From contig NC_092673.1 in assembly GCF_964355755.1 (NCBI RefSeq), positions 18,659,648 through 18,723,647 on the forward strand: 64,000 nt of DNA. Direction: 5' to 3'. The notes under the pieces are model-generated. The model did no database searches. It saw only the letters and a list, made by a program, of their open reading frames with translations, and had not been told where the DNA came from. The translations under genes and the position numbers were made by a program. Origin of the DNA: Antedon mediterranea (Eukaryota > Animalia > Echinodermata). Shown in pieces: positions 29,101 through 44,100 of the stretch. How positions within the stretch are numbered: position 1 is the stretch's first letter; the number at the start of each line of letters is the position of its first letter.

Positions 29101-32100
29101 AATAGAATCTGATTTTAATAAAAAATGATTATTAATTAATAATGTGCTCCTTCCCTTATCTTACAAAAAAATGCTTCTGTCAGTCTATCCAGCTAATTAT
29201 GAACATGGCCTTAAAGAAATCCTTTTCCAACCTAGGATCTTTTTGTGCAAACATTTTGCCACAAAATGAAGAGAAATGTACACAATGTTTTGTTAGTTTT
29301 CAAAATCTAAATTGTTTGAGTTATGCAATTTAAAAAAGAAAGGTAATATGAAATTATTCTTTTCAAACTGAATGCTTTTAAGAAAAGTTCCGTCTCTTAT
29401 CTTATGACTTTTTTGGAAAAATTATTTCTTGTTAAAATATAATATACTAGTAAGTGCTCACAGATGCTTCTCGAATACATAAACTTTTGTAAATAACTGA
29501 AAATTGCACTGTACACAAGGCAAATAAATACAGATATGATGGAATTTATGTAGTCAAATATAATTGTCATCCTCAGAATTACCTTAATTTTGTTTAATAT
29601 ACGGTAATATTGTTCACCAAATTCCTGTCTTGGTACATTTAATGATGGGATGGTATCAGACTTCGTGATATGATATGATCTTCATCGAGGCAAATGATAA
29701 ATTTGTTTTGATCGTCAATATGTACACTGGTCAGTGTTCTCCCCAGGATTCAAATCAAGCGTCACGCTTCGGGGGGGGGGGGGGGGCATTCCGACACTAA
29801 GTACTTGAGTCACAGCCCCACCATGGTTGGGGCTTTGGCGAAGCGATTTTTGGTAATTTACCCCCTAGATGGCTGGAAATGGTACTCTCGCACATAACAT
29901 TTATGTTGAATGACACCTCTGGTTTGGCCGGAAATAACACTTATAGCGCGCTAGCAAACAACAAAACGATCGTAGCCAACTTTTTCCGCCGATAAACATA
30001 CGCGAAGAAACATTTTTTGCTTTCATTACGAACGTCAGGGGGAAGCCCCAATGAAAAAAATAGGCCTAATCTATTAGCCTACTCATCAGTAGGACAACTC
30101 TAGTTGGCCGGAAACGAAACTTTATAGCGCACTAGCAAACAGTAAAACCATCGTAGCATACTTTTTCCGCCAGTAAACATACGCGATAAAAAAATGTTTT
30201 TGCGTTCAATACGAACGTCAAGGGGAATTCCCCGATGAAATAAAACTAGGCCTACTCATGAGTAGAACAACTCTGTAGTTGGCCGGAAAGACACTTCATA
30301 GCGCGCTAGCAAACCGCACGATCGTAGCCTGCTTTTTCCGCCGGTAAACATACGCGATAAGAAACATTTTTTGCGTTCATTACGAACGTCAAGGGGAATT
30401 CCCCGATGAAATAAAAAATGCCTACTCATCAGTAGGACAACTCTGTAGTTGGCCGGAAAGGACACTTCATAGCGCGCTAGCAAACAGCCCGATTGAGCCT
30501 ACTTTTGCGCAGGTAAACATACTGTACGCGATATATGAAAAAAAAATATGCCTCATCAGTAGGCAACTGTAGTTAGCCGGAAACGACACCTCATAGCGCG
30601 TTAGCAAACATTAAAAACGATCGTAGCCTACTTTTTTTTTCGCCGGCGGGTAAACATATGCAATAAAAAAACATTTTTTGCGTTCAAATACAAATATCGG
30701 GGGCAAGTCCCGATGAAATAAAACTAGGCTTACTCATTAGTAAGACACCTCAAGTTGCCCGGAAATAAGACTTCATAGCGCACAAGGAAATAGGAAAACA
30801 TTCGAAAGAGAGACATGGCAGTAACAAAACACGTGCTTACATCTCTCGGCGGCGGCCGGTGAAAGCACCATGTGACATACAGTATCGCAGTACTGATATC
30901 ACAATACCATGTGACATCCCTTGTCACTCGACTTTCTCACGAAGTAGGGCCTAAAACATTCTAGCACCGATGTACAAATGTACCTTAAGTTAAGTGAAAT
31001 AAGACTTTAGCACACTAGCAAATAGGAAAACGATCGTAGCCTTCTTGAATGTATTATACGATCAAAGCAGCTAGCATTGAATTGCGCCTAGAAATCATTT
31101 GATGACGTCATCGATATTTATTTTTAATACACATAACATTTTTACAAGAAAAACAATACAATCAATCATTTACTTTATTTACAATATACAAGTTACTACA
31201 CTTTAGACAACAGCCAAATACTAGAGATCGAAAGAGAGACATGGCAGTAACAAAACACGTGTTTACATCTCTCGGCGGCGGCGGCCGGTGAAAGCGAGTC
31301 TCAGTTGTTTAACACTTTGTTACGCAGTCTTTTGTTTTTCGTCTAGTGGTCATGTCACGTGTCTCGTATGCATTAGGCTCTTTATGCATGCCGCGCCTCA
31401 GCTCTAGAAAAGTACCGTACCTGCCTGTTAATCTATTTTTAGATTGTTGTGGTTGATATTTTTAAGCGTCACGGATAAGGTTTTAAGCGTCACGGCCGAC
31501 CGTAAAGCGTCACGGTAGAGAACCCAAGCGTCACGGTACCGTGATGCTTCAAAGGCCTGGGGAGAACACTGCTGGTTTTCATTAGGTGTTAAAAATTAGT
31601 ACCGAAAGTATGTACCAACTTTCTCTACCATTGGGTAAAAATTATAGAAGTTGCACTTAATTTACTGAAATTTCCCATTACGTAAATTTGTAAATTCATT
31701 AAACTGCTTATTGGCCTCATATTTTTAATATCTGAACATTTGTTTGTACAATTTTATGAAATATGTATTTTATAACGTTCAAATTTTGTGATTGATATTG
31801 TACAGTAATTAGATTTTGATGATTACTTACATTAAGTAATAGACTAACAATCACTGAATCTGATCCATGGTAATATATTATATTTTGTTTTCATTTATCA
31901 ATAATGATAATTAGGATTTTATCACATTATTTAGCAGTAATTGTTGTTGTTTGTATTAACAAAAAAACCCAATTTCACATAATGTCTGTTGTCAGTATTT
32001 ATAAACTTCATGATTATGATTCCTTTCCAGTATGGTAACACTCTATTACATTCATATCTGAGGAATGTATATACTGCACCTACCTTAGAAATAGTGACGT

Positions 32101-35100
32101 GTCTCAAGCAGCATGGGGCACCAGTAGCATTGCAAAATAAGGTAAATGTACAGGGATTTGCTAGTGTAATAGGCTAACATTATATAGATCTGCTGAAGTA
32201 AACCATTTAATGAGAGAAAAAAGTAAGCACATTAACAAAAATCAAATTTGATTAAAACAAACCAAATAAAAAAATAACTAAATAGTTATATATGATTTAT
32301 GATCTGATTTAAAGTGTACAGTTACCTATCATATAACATAAATCTTTAATTTTCTTAATGAACAAAAAAATCTATTTTTAAAATATATTCAGTTATTAAT
32401 TAACAATTATTGACAATGGTCTAATTAATTGTAAATATGAAATAAAATGCGACAACTACTAAACAACTAAAAATGTTTATTAAAAAAAATAATAGAATCT
32501 GATTTTAATAAAAAATAATTATAAATTAAAAACCTGCTCCCTCCCTTACCTTACAAAAAATGCTTCTGTCAGTCTATCCAGCTAATTATGAACATGGCCT
32601 TAAAGAAATCCTTTTCCAACCTAGGATCTTTTTGTGCAAACATTTTGCCACAAAATGAAGAAAAATGTTTTGTTAGTTTTCAAAATCTAAATTGTTTGAG
32701 TAATGCAATTTTAAAAAGAAAGTTAATATGAAATTATTCTTTTCAAACTGAATGCTTTTAAGAAAAGTTCCGTCTTTTATCTTATGACTTTTTTGAAAAA
32801 ATGAATTCTCCTTAAAATATAATAAACTAGTAAGTGCTCACAGATGCTTCTCGAATACAAGAACTTTGGTAAATAACTGAAAATTTTCTAAGTCACAGTG
32901 TACACAAAGCAAATGAATACAGATATGTTGGAATTTATGTAGTCAAATATAATTGTCATCCTGAGAATTACCTTAATTTTGTTTATTGCATGGTATTGTT
33001 CACCAAATTCCTGTCTTGGTATATTTGATGATGGGATGGTATTAGGCTTAATGATATGATATGATTTTCATTGAGGCAATATGGTTTAAACTAAATTTGT
33101 TATCGTTAATATCTAAATTAGCTTAATTAGGTTATATGCATTATCATGCATATAACCTCTTGATTCTGTCAAAATCTTTATTTATTTATTTATTTATTTA
33201 TTCTTTCCTTAGCACTATTTTGTCCGTGAATTATCTTGATATCAGTTTCATCTATCTAAGTCAATTTTTCAGAGTATATTCCTTATGGCCAGGAATCGAT
33301 GTGGTTATATTTTCACGATGCGTATTCAAAAATTACGCGGTCTACGCGCGATTTTACGAAATCACGTTTGTAATCATATCTTCACAAGCATGAATCACAA
33401 TTAAACAAAATTTGGTACTCATAAATTTCAGGTCATATTTCATCATATGGCAATACAGTTACGTGCGTAGCGCATATAACGCTTGCGTACGCGCGCTTAA
33501 AATGTTCAAAATTGTCAAAATTTATTTTCGATGAAATTAGAGTACGTTTCAGGCAATTTTAAGCGTTTAAAAAATTGCCATGAGTGCGCAGATTTTTGCA
33601 CGCGCACTGCGCGTTATACGTTAATGCGCACTCTTTTTGTCCGATTTCGGTTGTACAACCTTTCTTTAATAATATCATCATATTTTATTCACTTTTCAAC
33701 GCGTAATTGCCTTATACGAGCACGTCAAAAGTGACAGGCTACGCACGTGTAAGTTAACAAAATGGTGAAAATATGCTAAATTTTAAAATTAATATAGATC
33801 GTCAGAATGCTCGGGAACACATATTTTTTATTTCATTTTCTTGAAGTGTATGTATCTTATGTATGATTTATTATTAAACTAAGGGAACAAAAGTTGATTA
33901 AGCCATGATTAATTGCATATTAAATTAAAAAAAATAATTTCGACAATCAAACAAATTATGACATTTTCTTAGGCCAAAATAACAAACTTAACATTAACTT
34001 TCATCCTTCAAAAGTTCATATATTAAAGTTAAAAGTATATAGTTTGACAGTGCATCATTTTTGTACATTTTTAGAGATGTCATCATAGTAAAAAATTATA
34101 ATTCATTGCGGTATGTAATAATCTATCTGCACCAAAGTGGTTACTGCATAGTAAATACACGGAGGAAGTTTTTCTACAATTTTTAGTCAGTTGTGTATGG
34201 CTCGGTGGTGTGTGGTCGTGTCTATGGCACTCCAGGTACCGAGATCGAGTCTCACCTTGGGAAACGAAATAAGATTTTTTTTTTATTAACCGTATTGTTT
34301 GTTCAAATTTATTTCTTAGTGTATATATTATACACATGATTTATAATGAAATCTAGATAAAAAATAACTTATGTCTTTATTATTATGTAACAGCAAATGT
34401 GGTTTATGACATTATACGCAGAGGGATCTTTGATCGGATTGTAATACCGGCTATTGTATTCACGTTAGCAAGGTCCTATCATATATTATAAATAATTAAA
34501 GAATCTGAGAAAATCAATGAATCAAAATATCATTTAAAAATCAATTATCTTTATTTTAATTATCAATGCATATAACCTATAATTCGTCATAGTGACGAAT
34601 TAAATCTAGTTATGACATTGGTTTCATTGGGTGTTAAAAATCAGTACCGAAAGTATGTACCAACTTTCTCTACCATTGAGTATAAATTCTAGAAGTTGCA
34701 CTTAATTTACTGAAATTTCCCATTACCTAATTTTAAATTTATATGTAAATTCATTTAACTGCTTATTGGCCTCATATTGTTAACATCTAAACATTTGTTT
34801 GTACAATTTTATGAAATATGTATTTTATTAATGTTCAAATTTTGTGATTGATATTGTACAGTAAGTAGATTTTAATGATTACTTACATTAAGTAATAGGC
34901 TAACAAAATCACTAGATCTGATCCATGGTAATATATTTCATTTATCAATAATGATAATTAGGATTTTATCACATTATTTAGCAGTAATTGTTGTTGTTTG
35001 TATTAACAAACAAAAAACAATTTAACATAATGTCTGTTGTCAGTATTTATATTGCTTCATTATGATTCCTTTCCAGTTTGGTGACACTCCATTACATTCA

Positions 35101-38100
35101 TATCTGGGGAGTAGATATACACCTACCTTAGAAATACTGACGTTTCTCATTCAGCATGGGGCACCAGTAGCATTGCAAAATAAGGTAAATGTACAGGAAT
35201 TTGCTAGTGTAATAGGATAACATTATATAGATCTGTTGAAGTAAACCATTTAATGAGAGAAAAAAGTAAGCACATTAACAAAAATCAAATTTGATTAAAA
35301 CAAACCAAATAAAAAAATAACTAAATAGTTATATATGATTTATGATCTGATTTAAAGTGTACAGTTACCTATCATATAACATAAATCTTTAATTTTCTTA
35401 ATGAACAAATAATCTTTTTTTTTTATATATTCAGTTATTAATTAACAATTATTGACAATGGTCTAAATTAATTGTAAATATGAAATAAAATGCGACACCT
35501 ACTAAACAACTAAAAATGTTTATGTTAAAAAAATTAATAGAATCTGATTTTAATAAAAAATAATTATTAATTAATAACCTACTCCCTCCCTTACCTTACA
35601 AAAAATGCTTCTGTCAGTCTATCCAGCTAATTATAAACATGGCCTTAAACTACATCTGGAGATCCTTTTCCAACCTAGGATATTTTTGTGCAAACATTTT
35701 GCCACAAAAGGAAGAGAAATGTAAATAATATTTAGCCTTTTAGTTAGTGGTTTCCAAAATTTAAAATGTTTGAGCAATGCAATTTAAAAAAGAAAGCTAA
35801 TATGAAATTATTCTTTTCAAACTGAATGCTTTAAGAACAGTTCCGTCTCTTATCTATGACTTTTCTGGGAAAAATGACATTATTAAAGTTGCTATATAAA
35901 ATTTGATACTAGTAAGACCCCATTTACACTTCATCGACGATTTCTTAGCCGGCCCGAAGTCGGCCCGACGCCGGCTTTCTTTTTAGCCCGCAATGTGTTT
36001 ACACTTACCCAAAAAGCCGGCCTCGGGCCCTTACTATTGTGTTTACACTTGCTCTCGCGGAAGAGTGCTCGATGATACGATTTCGCTACATTCACGTCAT
36101 ATCCGCTCATGTGCGTCTTAAAAAGTTAATATTATAAGCGTTGTCGATCTACACTAGGCCTAGGCCTATCAACTTTATCAAAAAAGAATCAAATAACGGT
36201 ATTTAATATGGATCAAAACAATTGTATTATTGCTTTACTACTAATGTTTGCGTCTCGTTTTCTAAAGAATAGTAGTAGATCATACGCCTTTTTCACGAAA
36301 CGGAAGACATCTTCGATCGATGACGACACAAACAATGCCGTTCAACGAAGCGTAACCAACAGAAATAACATAGCGTTTTCAGCCTATTTTCGGAGGAAAA
36401 GTTACTTAAAAATTCGTAACGCCTCAACGGACAGTCGTATGGACAAAATTTTTACTGTAAAATGTTCTTTAAAGATTAGCCTATAGAACTGTGTGATTAA
36501 AAAAAATTATAATTTTTTTTTCACTTCTTAAGTCCATCGAAAAAAACACCACAGTTTATAAGCATAGGCGATGGTGTCCTGAAATCCCCTGAAAACGCTA
36601 TGTTATTTATGTTGGTTACACTTCGTTGCACGGCATTGTTTGTCATAGATCGGAAAAAGGCGTATACATCTTCACCAATTTAATTTCAATGAAGAATTTC
36701 CGATTCATCAGCAATAAGTTTCGTAAACTTAAAGCTATAGTTGACCCAGAACGTTCATTTTATGACCGCGAGTGTTTGCACTATACGAAGTGCCGGCCCG
36801 AAGCCCGCAATTGCCGGCCCGAAGCCTACTCTAGACTAGGCTCAAAATTGAGCCGGCTCGAGGCCGGCTCGGTTGTTCCCAGAGTGTTTACACTTGTGCA
36901 CTTTTGGCTCGAGCCGGCCTCGGGCTCGCTAAAAGCTGAAGTGTAAATGGGGTCTAAGTGTCAATAGATGGTTCTTAAATACATGACCTTTGGTAAATAA
37001 CTGAAAATTGCACTGTACACAAGGCAAATAAATACAGATATGATGGAATTTATGTAGTCAAATATAATTGTCATCCTGAGAATTACCTTAATTTTGTTTA
37101 TTGCATGGCATTGTTCACCAAATTCCTGTCTTGGTACAATTGATGATGGGATGGTATAAGGCTTCATGATATGATATGATCTTCATCGAGTCATGATATG
37201 ATATGATCTTCATCGAGGCAAATGGTTTAAACTAAATTTGTTATCGTTAATATCTAACTTAAATTAATTATGATATTGGTTTCATTGGGTGTTAAAAATC
37301 AGTACTGAAAGTATGTACCAACTTTCTCTACCATTGAGTATAAATTCTAGAAGTTGCACTTAATTTACTGAAATTTCTCATTACCTAAATTTATATGTAA
37401 ATTCATTAAACTGCTTATTGGCCTCATATTGTTAACATCTAAACATTTGTTTGTACAATTTTATGAAATATGTATTTTATTAATGTTCAAATTTTGTGAT
37501 TGATATTGTACAGTAAGTAGATTTTAATGATTACTTACATTAAGTAATAGCCTAACAATCACTAGATCTGATCCATGGTAATATATTATATTTTGTTTTC
37601 ATTTATCAATAATGATATAATTAGGATTTTATCACATTATTTAGCAGTAATTGTTGTTGTTTGCATTAACAAAAAATACCAATTTCACATAATGTCTGTT
37701 GTCAGTATTTATAAACTTCATTATGATTCCTTTCCAGGATGGTTACACTCCATTAAATTCATATCTGGGGAGTGTATATACACCTACCTTAGAAATAGTG
37801 ACGTGTCTCATTCAGCATGGGGCACCAGTATCATTGCAAAATGAGGTAAATGTACAGGGATTTGCTAGTGTAATAAGCTAACATTATATAGATCTGCTGA
37901 AGTAAACCATTCAATGAGAGAAGCACATTAACAAAAATCAAATTTGATTAAAACAAACCAAATAAAAAAATAACTAAATAGTTATATATGATTTATGATA
38001 ACTGATTTAAAGTGTACAGTTACCTATCATATAACATAAATCTTTAATTTTCTTAATGAACTAAAAAATCTATTTTTTTTATATATTTATTAATTAACAA

Positions 38101-41100
38101 TTATTGACAATGGTCTAATTAATTGTAAATATGAAATAAAATGTGACAACTACTAAACAACTAAAAAATGTTTATGTTAAAAAAATTAATAGAATCTGAT
38201 TTTAATAAAAAATGATTATTAATTAATAATGTGCTCCTTCCCTTATCTTACAAAAAAATGCTTCTGTCAGTCTATCCAGCTAATTATGAACATGGCCTTA
38301 AAGAAATCCTTTTCCAACCTAGGATCTTTTTGTGGAAACATTTTGCCACAAAATGAAGAGAAATGTACACAATTTTTTGTTAGTTTTCAAAATCTAAATT
38401 GTTTGAGTTATGCAATTTAAAAAAGAAAGGTAATATGAAATTATTCTTTTCAAACTGAATGCTTTTAAGAAAAGTTCCGTCTCTTATCTTATGACTTTTT
38501 TGGAAAAATTATTTCTTGTTAAAATATAATATACTAGTAAGTGCTCACAGATGCTTCTCGAATACATAAACTTTGGTAAATAACTGAAAATTGCACTGTA
38601 CACAAGGCAAATAAATACAGATATGATGGAATTTATGTAGTCAAATATAATTGTCATCCTGAGAATTACCTCAATTTTGTTTATTGCATGGTATTGTTCA
38701 CCAAATTCCTGTCTTGGTACATTTGATGATGGGATGGTATAAGGCTTCATGATATGATATGATCTTCATCGAGGCAAATGATAAATTTGTTTTGATTGTC
38801 AATATAGTACACTGGTTTTCATTAGGTGTTAAAAATTAATAGCGAAAGTATGTACCAACTTTCTCTACCATTGGGTAAAAATTATAGAAGTTGCACTTAA
38901 TTTACTGAAATTTCCCATTACGTAAATTTATATATAAATTCATTAAACTGCTTATTGGCCTCATATTTTTAATATCTGAACATTTGTTTGTACAATTTTA
39001 TGAAATATGTATTTTATAACGTTCAAATTTTGTGATTGATATTGTACAGTAATTAGATTTTAATGATTACTTACATTAAGTAATAGGCTAACAATCACTA
39101 GATCTGATCCATGGTAATATATTATATTTTGTTTTCATTTATCAATAATGATAATTAGGATTTTATCACATTATTTAGCAGTAATTGTTGTTTGTATTAA
39201 CAAAAAAACCCAATTTCACATAACGTCTGTTGTCAGTATTTATAAACTTCATGATTATGATTCCTTTCCAGTCTGGTAACACTCTATTACATTCATATCT
39301 GAGGAATGTATATACTGCACCTACCTTAGGAATAGTGATGTGTCTCATTCAGCATGGGGCACCAGTAGCATTGCAAAATAAGGTAAATGTACAGGGATTT
39401 GCTAGTGTAATAGGCTAACATTATATAGATCTGCTGAAGTAAACCATTTAATGAGAGAAAAAAGTAAGCACATTAACAAAAATCAAATTTGATTAAAACA
39501 AACCAAATAAAAAAATAACTAAATAGTTATATATGATTTATGATCTGATTTAAAGTGTACAGTTACCTATCATATAACATAAATCTTTAATTTTCTTAAT
39601 GAACAAAAAAATCTATTTTTAAAATATATTCAGTTATTAATTAACAATTATTGACAATGGTCTAATTAATTGTAAATATGAAATAAAATGCGACAACTAC
39701 TAAACAACTAAAAATATTTATTAAAAAAAATAATAGAATCTGATTTTAATAAAAAATTATTATAAATTAAAAACCTGCTCCCTCTCTTACCTTACAAAAA
39801 ATGCTTCTGTCAGTCTATCCAGCTAATTATGAACATGGCCTTTAAAGAAATCCTTTTCCAACCTAGGATCTTTTTGTGCAAACATTTTGCCACAAAATGA
39901 AGAGAAATGTAAACAATGTTTTGTTAGTTTTCAAAATCTAAATTGTTTGAGTAATGCAATTTTAAAAAGAAAGTTAATATGAAATTATTCTTTTCAAACT
40001 GAATGCTTTTAAGAAAAGTTCCGTCTTTTATCTTATGACTTTTTTGAAAAAATGAATTCTCGTTAAAATATAATAAACTAGTAAGTGCTCACAGAACTTT
40101 GGTAAAACTGAAAATTGTCTAAGTCACAGTGTACACAAAGCAAATGAATACAGATATGTTGGAATTTATGTAGTCAAATATAATTGTCATCCTGAGAATT
40201 ACCTTAATTTTGTTTATTACATGGTATTGTTCACCAAATTCCTGTCTTGGTATATTTGATGATGGGATGGTATTAGGCTTCATGATATGATATGATTTTC
40301 ATTGAGGCAATATGGTTTAAACTAAATTTGTTATCGTTAATATCTAAATTAGCTTAATTATGACATTGGTTTCATTGGGTGTTAAAAATCAGTACCGGAA
40401 GTATGTACCAACTTTCTCTACCATTGAGTAAAAATTCTAGAAGTTGCACTTAATTTACTGAAATTTCTCATTACCTCAATTTATATGTAAATTCATTTAA
40501 CTGCTTATTGGCCTCATATTGTTAACATCTAAACATTTGTTTGTACAATTTTATGAAATATGTATTTTATTAATGTTCAAATTTTGTGATTGATATTGTA
40601 CAGTAAGTAGATTTTAATGATTACTTACATTAAGTAATAGCCTAACAATCACTAGATCTGATCCATGGTAATATATTATATTTTGTTTTCATTTATCGAT
40701 AATGATAATTAGGATTTTATCACATTATTTAGCAGTAATTGTTGTTGTTTGTATTAACAAAAAAAAAACAATTTGATTTCACATAATGTCTGTTGTCAGT
40801 ATTTATATTACTTCATTATGATTCCTTTCCAGTATGGTGACACTCCATTACATTCATATCTGGGGAGTGGATATACACCTACCTTAGAAATACTGACGTT
40901 TCTCATTCAGCATGGGGCACCAGTAGCATTGCAAAATAAGGTAAATGTACAGGAATTTGCTAGTGTAATAGGATAACATTATATAGATCTGCTGAAGTAA
41001 ACCATTTAATGCGAGAACAAACCAAATAAAAAAATAACTAAATAGTTTATATGATTTATGATAACTGATTAAAAGTGTACAGTTAGCTATTATATAACAT

Positions 41101-44100
41101 AAATCTTTAATTTTCTTAATGAACAAATAATCAATTTTTTTTATATATTCAGTTATTAATTAACTATTATTGACAATGGTCTACTTCATTGTAAATATGA
41201 AATAAAATGCGACAACTACTAAACAACTAAAAATGTTTATGTTAAAAAAATTAATAGAATCTGATTTTAATAAAAATTAATTATTAATTAATAACCTACT
41301 CCCTCCCTTACCTTATTACAAAAAATGCTTCTGTCAGTCTATCCAGCTAATTATAAACATGACCTTAAACTACATCTTGAGATCCTTTTCCAACCTAGGA
41401 TATTTTTGTGCAAACATTTTGCCACAAAAGGAAGAGAAATGTAAATAATATTTAGCCTTTTAGTTAGTGGTTTCCAAAATTTAAAATGTTTGAGCAATGC
41501 AATTTAAAAAAGAAAGCTAATATGAAATTATTCTTTTCAAACTGAATGCTTTAAGAACAGTTCCGTCTCTTATCTTATGACTTTTCGGGGAAAAATGACA
41601 TTATTAAAGTTGCTATATAAAATTTGATACTAGTAAGTGTCAATAGATGGTTCTTAAATACATGACCTTTGGTAAATAACTGAAAATTGCACTGTACACA
41701 AGGCAAATAAATACAGATATGATGGAATTTATGTAGTCAAATATAATTGTCATCCTGAGAATTACCTTAATTTTGTTTATTGCATGGTATTGTTCACCAA
41801 ATTCCTGTCTTGGTACAATTGATGATGGGATGGTATAAGGCTTCATGATATGATATGATCTTCATCGAGGCAAATGGTTTTTAAACTAAATTTGTTATCG
41901 TTAATATCTAACTTAACTTAATTATGATATTGGTTTCATTGGGTGTTAAAAATCAGTACCGAAAGTATGTACCAACTTTCTCTACCATTGAGTATAAATT
42001 CTAGAAGTTGCACTTAATTTACTGAAATTTCTCATTACCTAAATTTATATGTAAATTCATTAAACTGCTTATTGGCCTCATATTGTTAACATCTAAACAT
42101 TTGTTTGTACAATTTTTATGTATTTTATTAATGTTTACATTTTGTGATTGATATTGTACAGTAAGTAGATTTTAATGATTACTTACATTAAGTAATAGCC
42201 TAACAATCACTAGATCTGATCCATGGTAATATATTATATTTTGTTTTCATTTATCAATAATGATAATTAGGATTTTATCACATTATTTAGCAGTAATTGT
42301 TGTTTGTATTAACAAAAAAACCCAATTTCACATAATGTCTGTTGTCAGTATTTATAAACTTCATTATGATTCCTTTCCAGGATGGTGACACTCCATTAAA
42401 TTCATATCTGGGGAGTGTATATACACCTACCTTAGAAATAGTGACGTGTCTCATTCAGCATGGGGCACCAGTAGCATTGCAAAATAAGGTAAATGTACAG
42501 GGATTTGCTAGTGTAATAAGCTAACATTATATAGATATGCTGTGGTAAACCATTCAATGAGAGAAGCACATTAACAAAAATCAAATTTGATTAAAACAAA
42601 CCAAATAAAAAAATAACTAAATAGTTATATATGATTTATGATAACTGATTTAAAGTGTACAGTTACCTATCATATAACATAAATCTTTAATTTTCTTAAT
42701 GAACAATAAAATCTTTTTTTTTTTATATATTCAGTTATTAATTAACAATTATTGACAATGGTCTAATTAATTGTAAATATGAAATAAAATGGGACAACTA
42801 CTAAACAACTAAAAAATGTTTATGATAAAAAAAATTAAAAGAATCTGATTTTAATAAAAAATGATTATTAATTAATAATGTGCTCCTTCCCTTATCTTAC
42901 AAAAAAAATGCTTCTGTCAGTCTATCTAGCTAATTATGAACATGGCCTTAAACTACATCTGGAGATCCTTTTCCAACCTATGATCTTTTTGTGCAAACAT
43001 TTTGCCACAAAATGAAGAGAAATGTACACAATGTTTTGTTTGTTTTCAAAATCTAAATTGTTTGAGTAATGCAATTTAAAAAGAAAGGTAATATGAAATT
43101 ATTCTTTTCAAACTGAATGCTTTTAAGAAAAGTTCCGTCTCTTATCTTATGACTTTTTTGAAAAAATGATTTCTTGTTAAAATATAATATACTAGTAAGT
43201 GCTCACAGATGCTTTTTGAATACATGAACTTTGGTAAATAACTGAAAATTGCACTGTACACAAGGCATATAAATACAGATATGATGGAATTTATGTAGTC
43301 AAATATAATTGTCATCCTGAGAATTACCTTAATTTTGTTTATTGCATGGTATTGTTCACCAAATTCCTGTCTTGGTACAATTGATGATGGGATGGTACTG
43401 TATCAGGCTTCATGATATGATATGATCTTAATCGAGGCAAATGATAAATTTGTTTTGATCGTCAATATAGTACACTGGTTTTCATTACCGTATATTTCGG
43501 TATATAAGTCGCACTTTTGACACGCAAATTTGACCTCTAAATTAAGGGTGCGTCTTATACACCGAACATAAATGCCTCACCACACAGTGTACATATCGTC
43601 ACCTCGTTGGCTAGGCTAGGCCTAGCTACAGTGTACTAACGTAACGGCAACCTGCTTCTGCCTAGTTTTCAAGGCATTTTAGCGTGATGTTATACTAAAT
43701 ATGATGAAAAGATTTGTTTATTATGGAGCTGTTTTAGGCGCTCCGAGAAAATTTCATTTGTAAACGTTTACGATTGGAATAGATAGTATTTATTTATAGT
43801 TATACGCACGATCGCCGACCGCCGTACCCCCAGCGCAAGCCCTTCTTGGCGGCCACATGTTGTACGGTATTCGACTAGTATATTCTCCAGGTGATTATAG
43901 CATGGACCTAGCGTACACACTTCTCGGATACATAGATACTAATCGAATACGATTGTCCGTGAAAACGTGCGCCCTCTTGAAATGATCGAGCGAGGCTAGC
44001 CCACACACGTGCGTGTTACACACACGGTCATGCACTCGATGTTGCGGGTGCGAAACTCGTGAATAACAAGTTAGAAACAACTTGTTGAGGCTGGCCGCGG

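Noticed and set aside
36208-36946. ORFs inside the Harbinger-like MITE
   Set aside because: No DDE or Myb/SANT features recognisable; the element is too short to be autonomous
25197-41846. Recurrent ORFs MKP(Y/D)TIPSS... (minus) and MCSFPYLTKK... (plus)
   Set aside because: They recur only because the intron is duplicated; they are disrupted in other units and show no protein motifs
25954-42524. ORF-track 60-67 aa ankyrin 'proteins' as separate small genes
   Set aside because: Their N- and C-terminal parts are intron read-through around AG/GT-bounded exons; two equivalent exons (35077, 45558) have no such ORF
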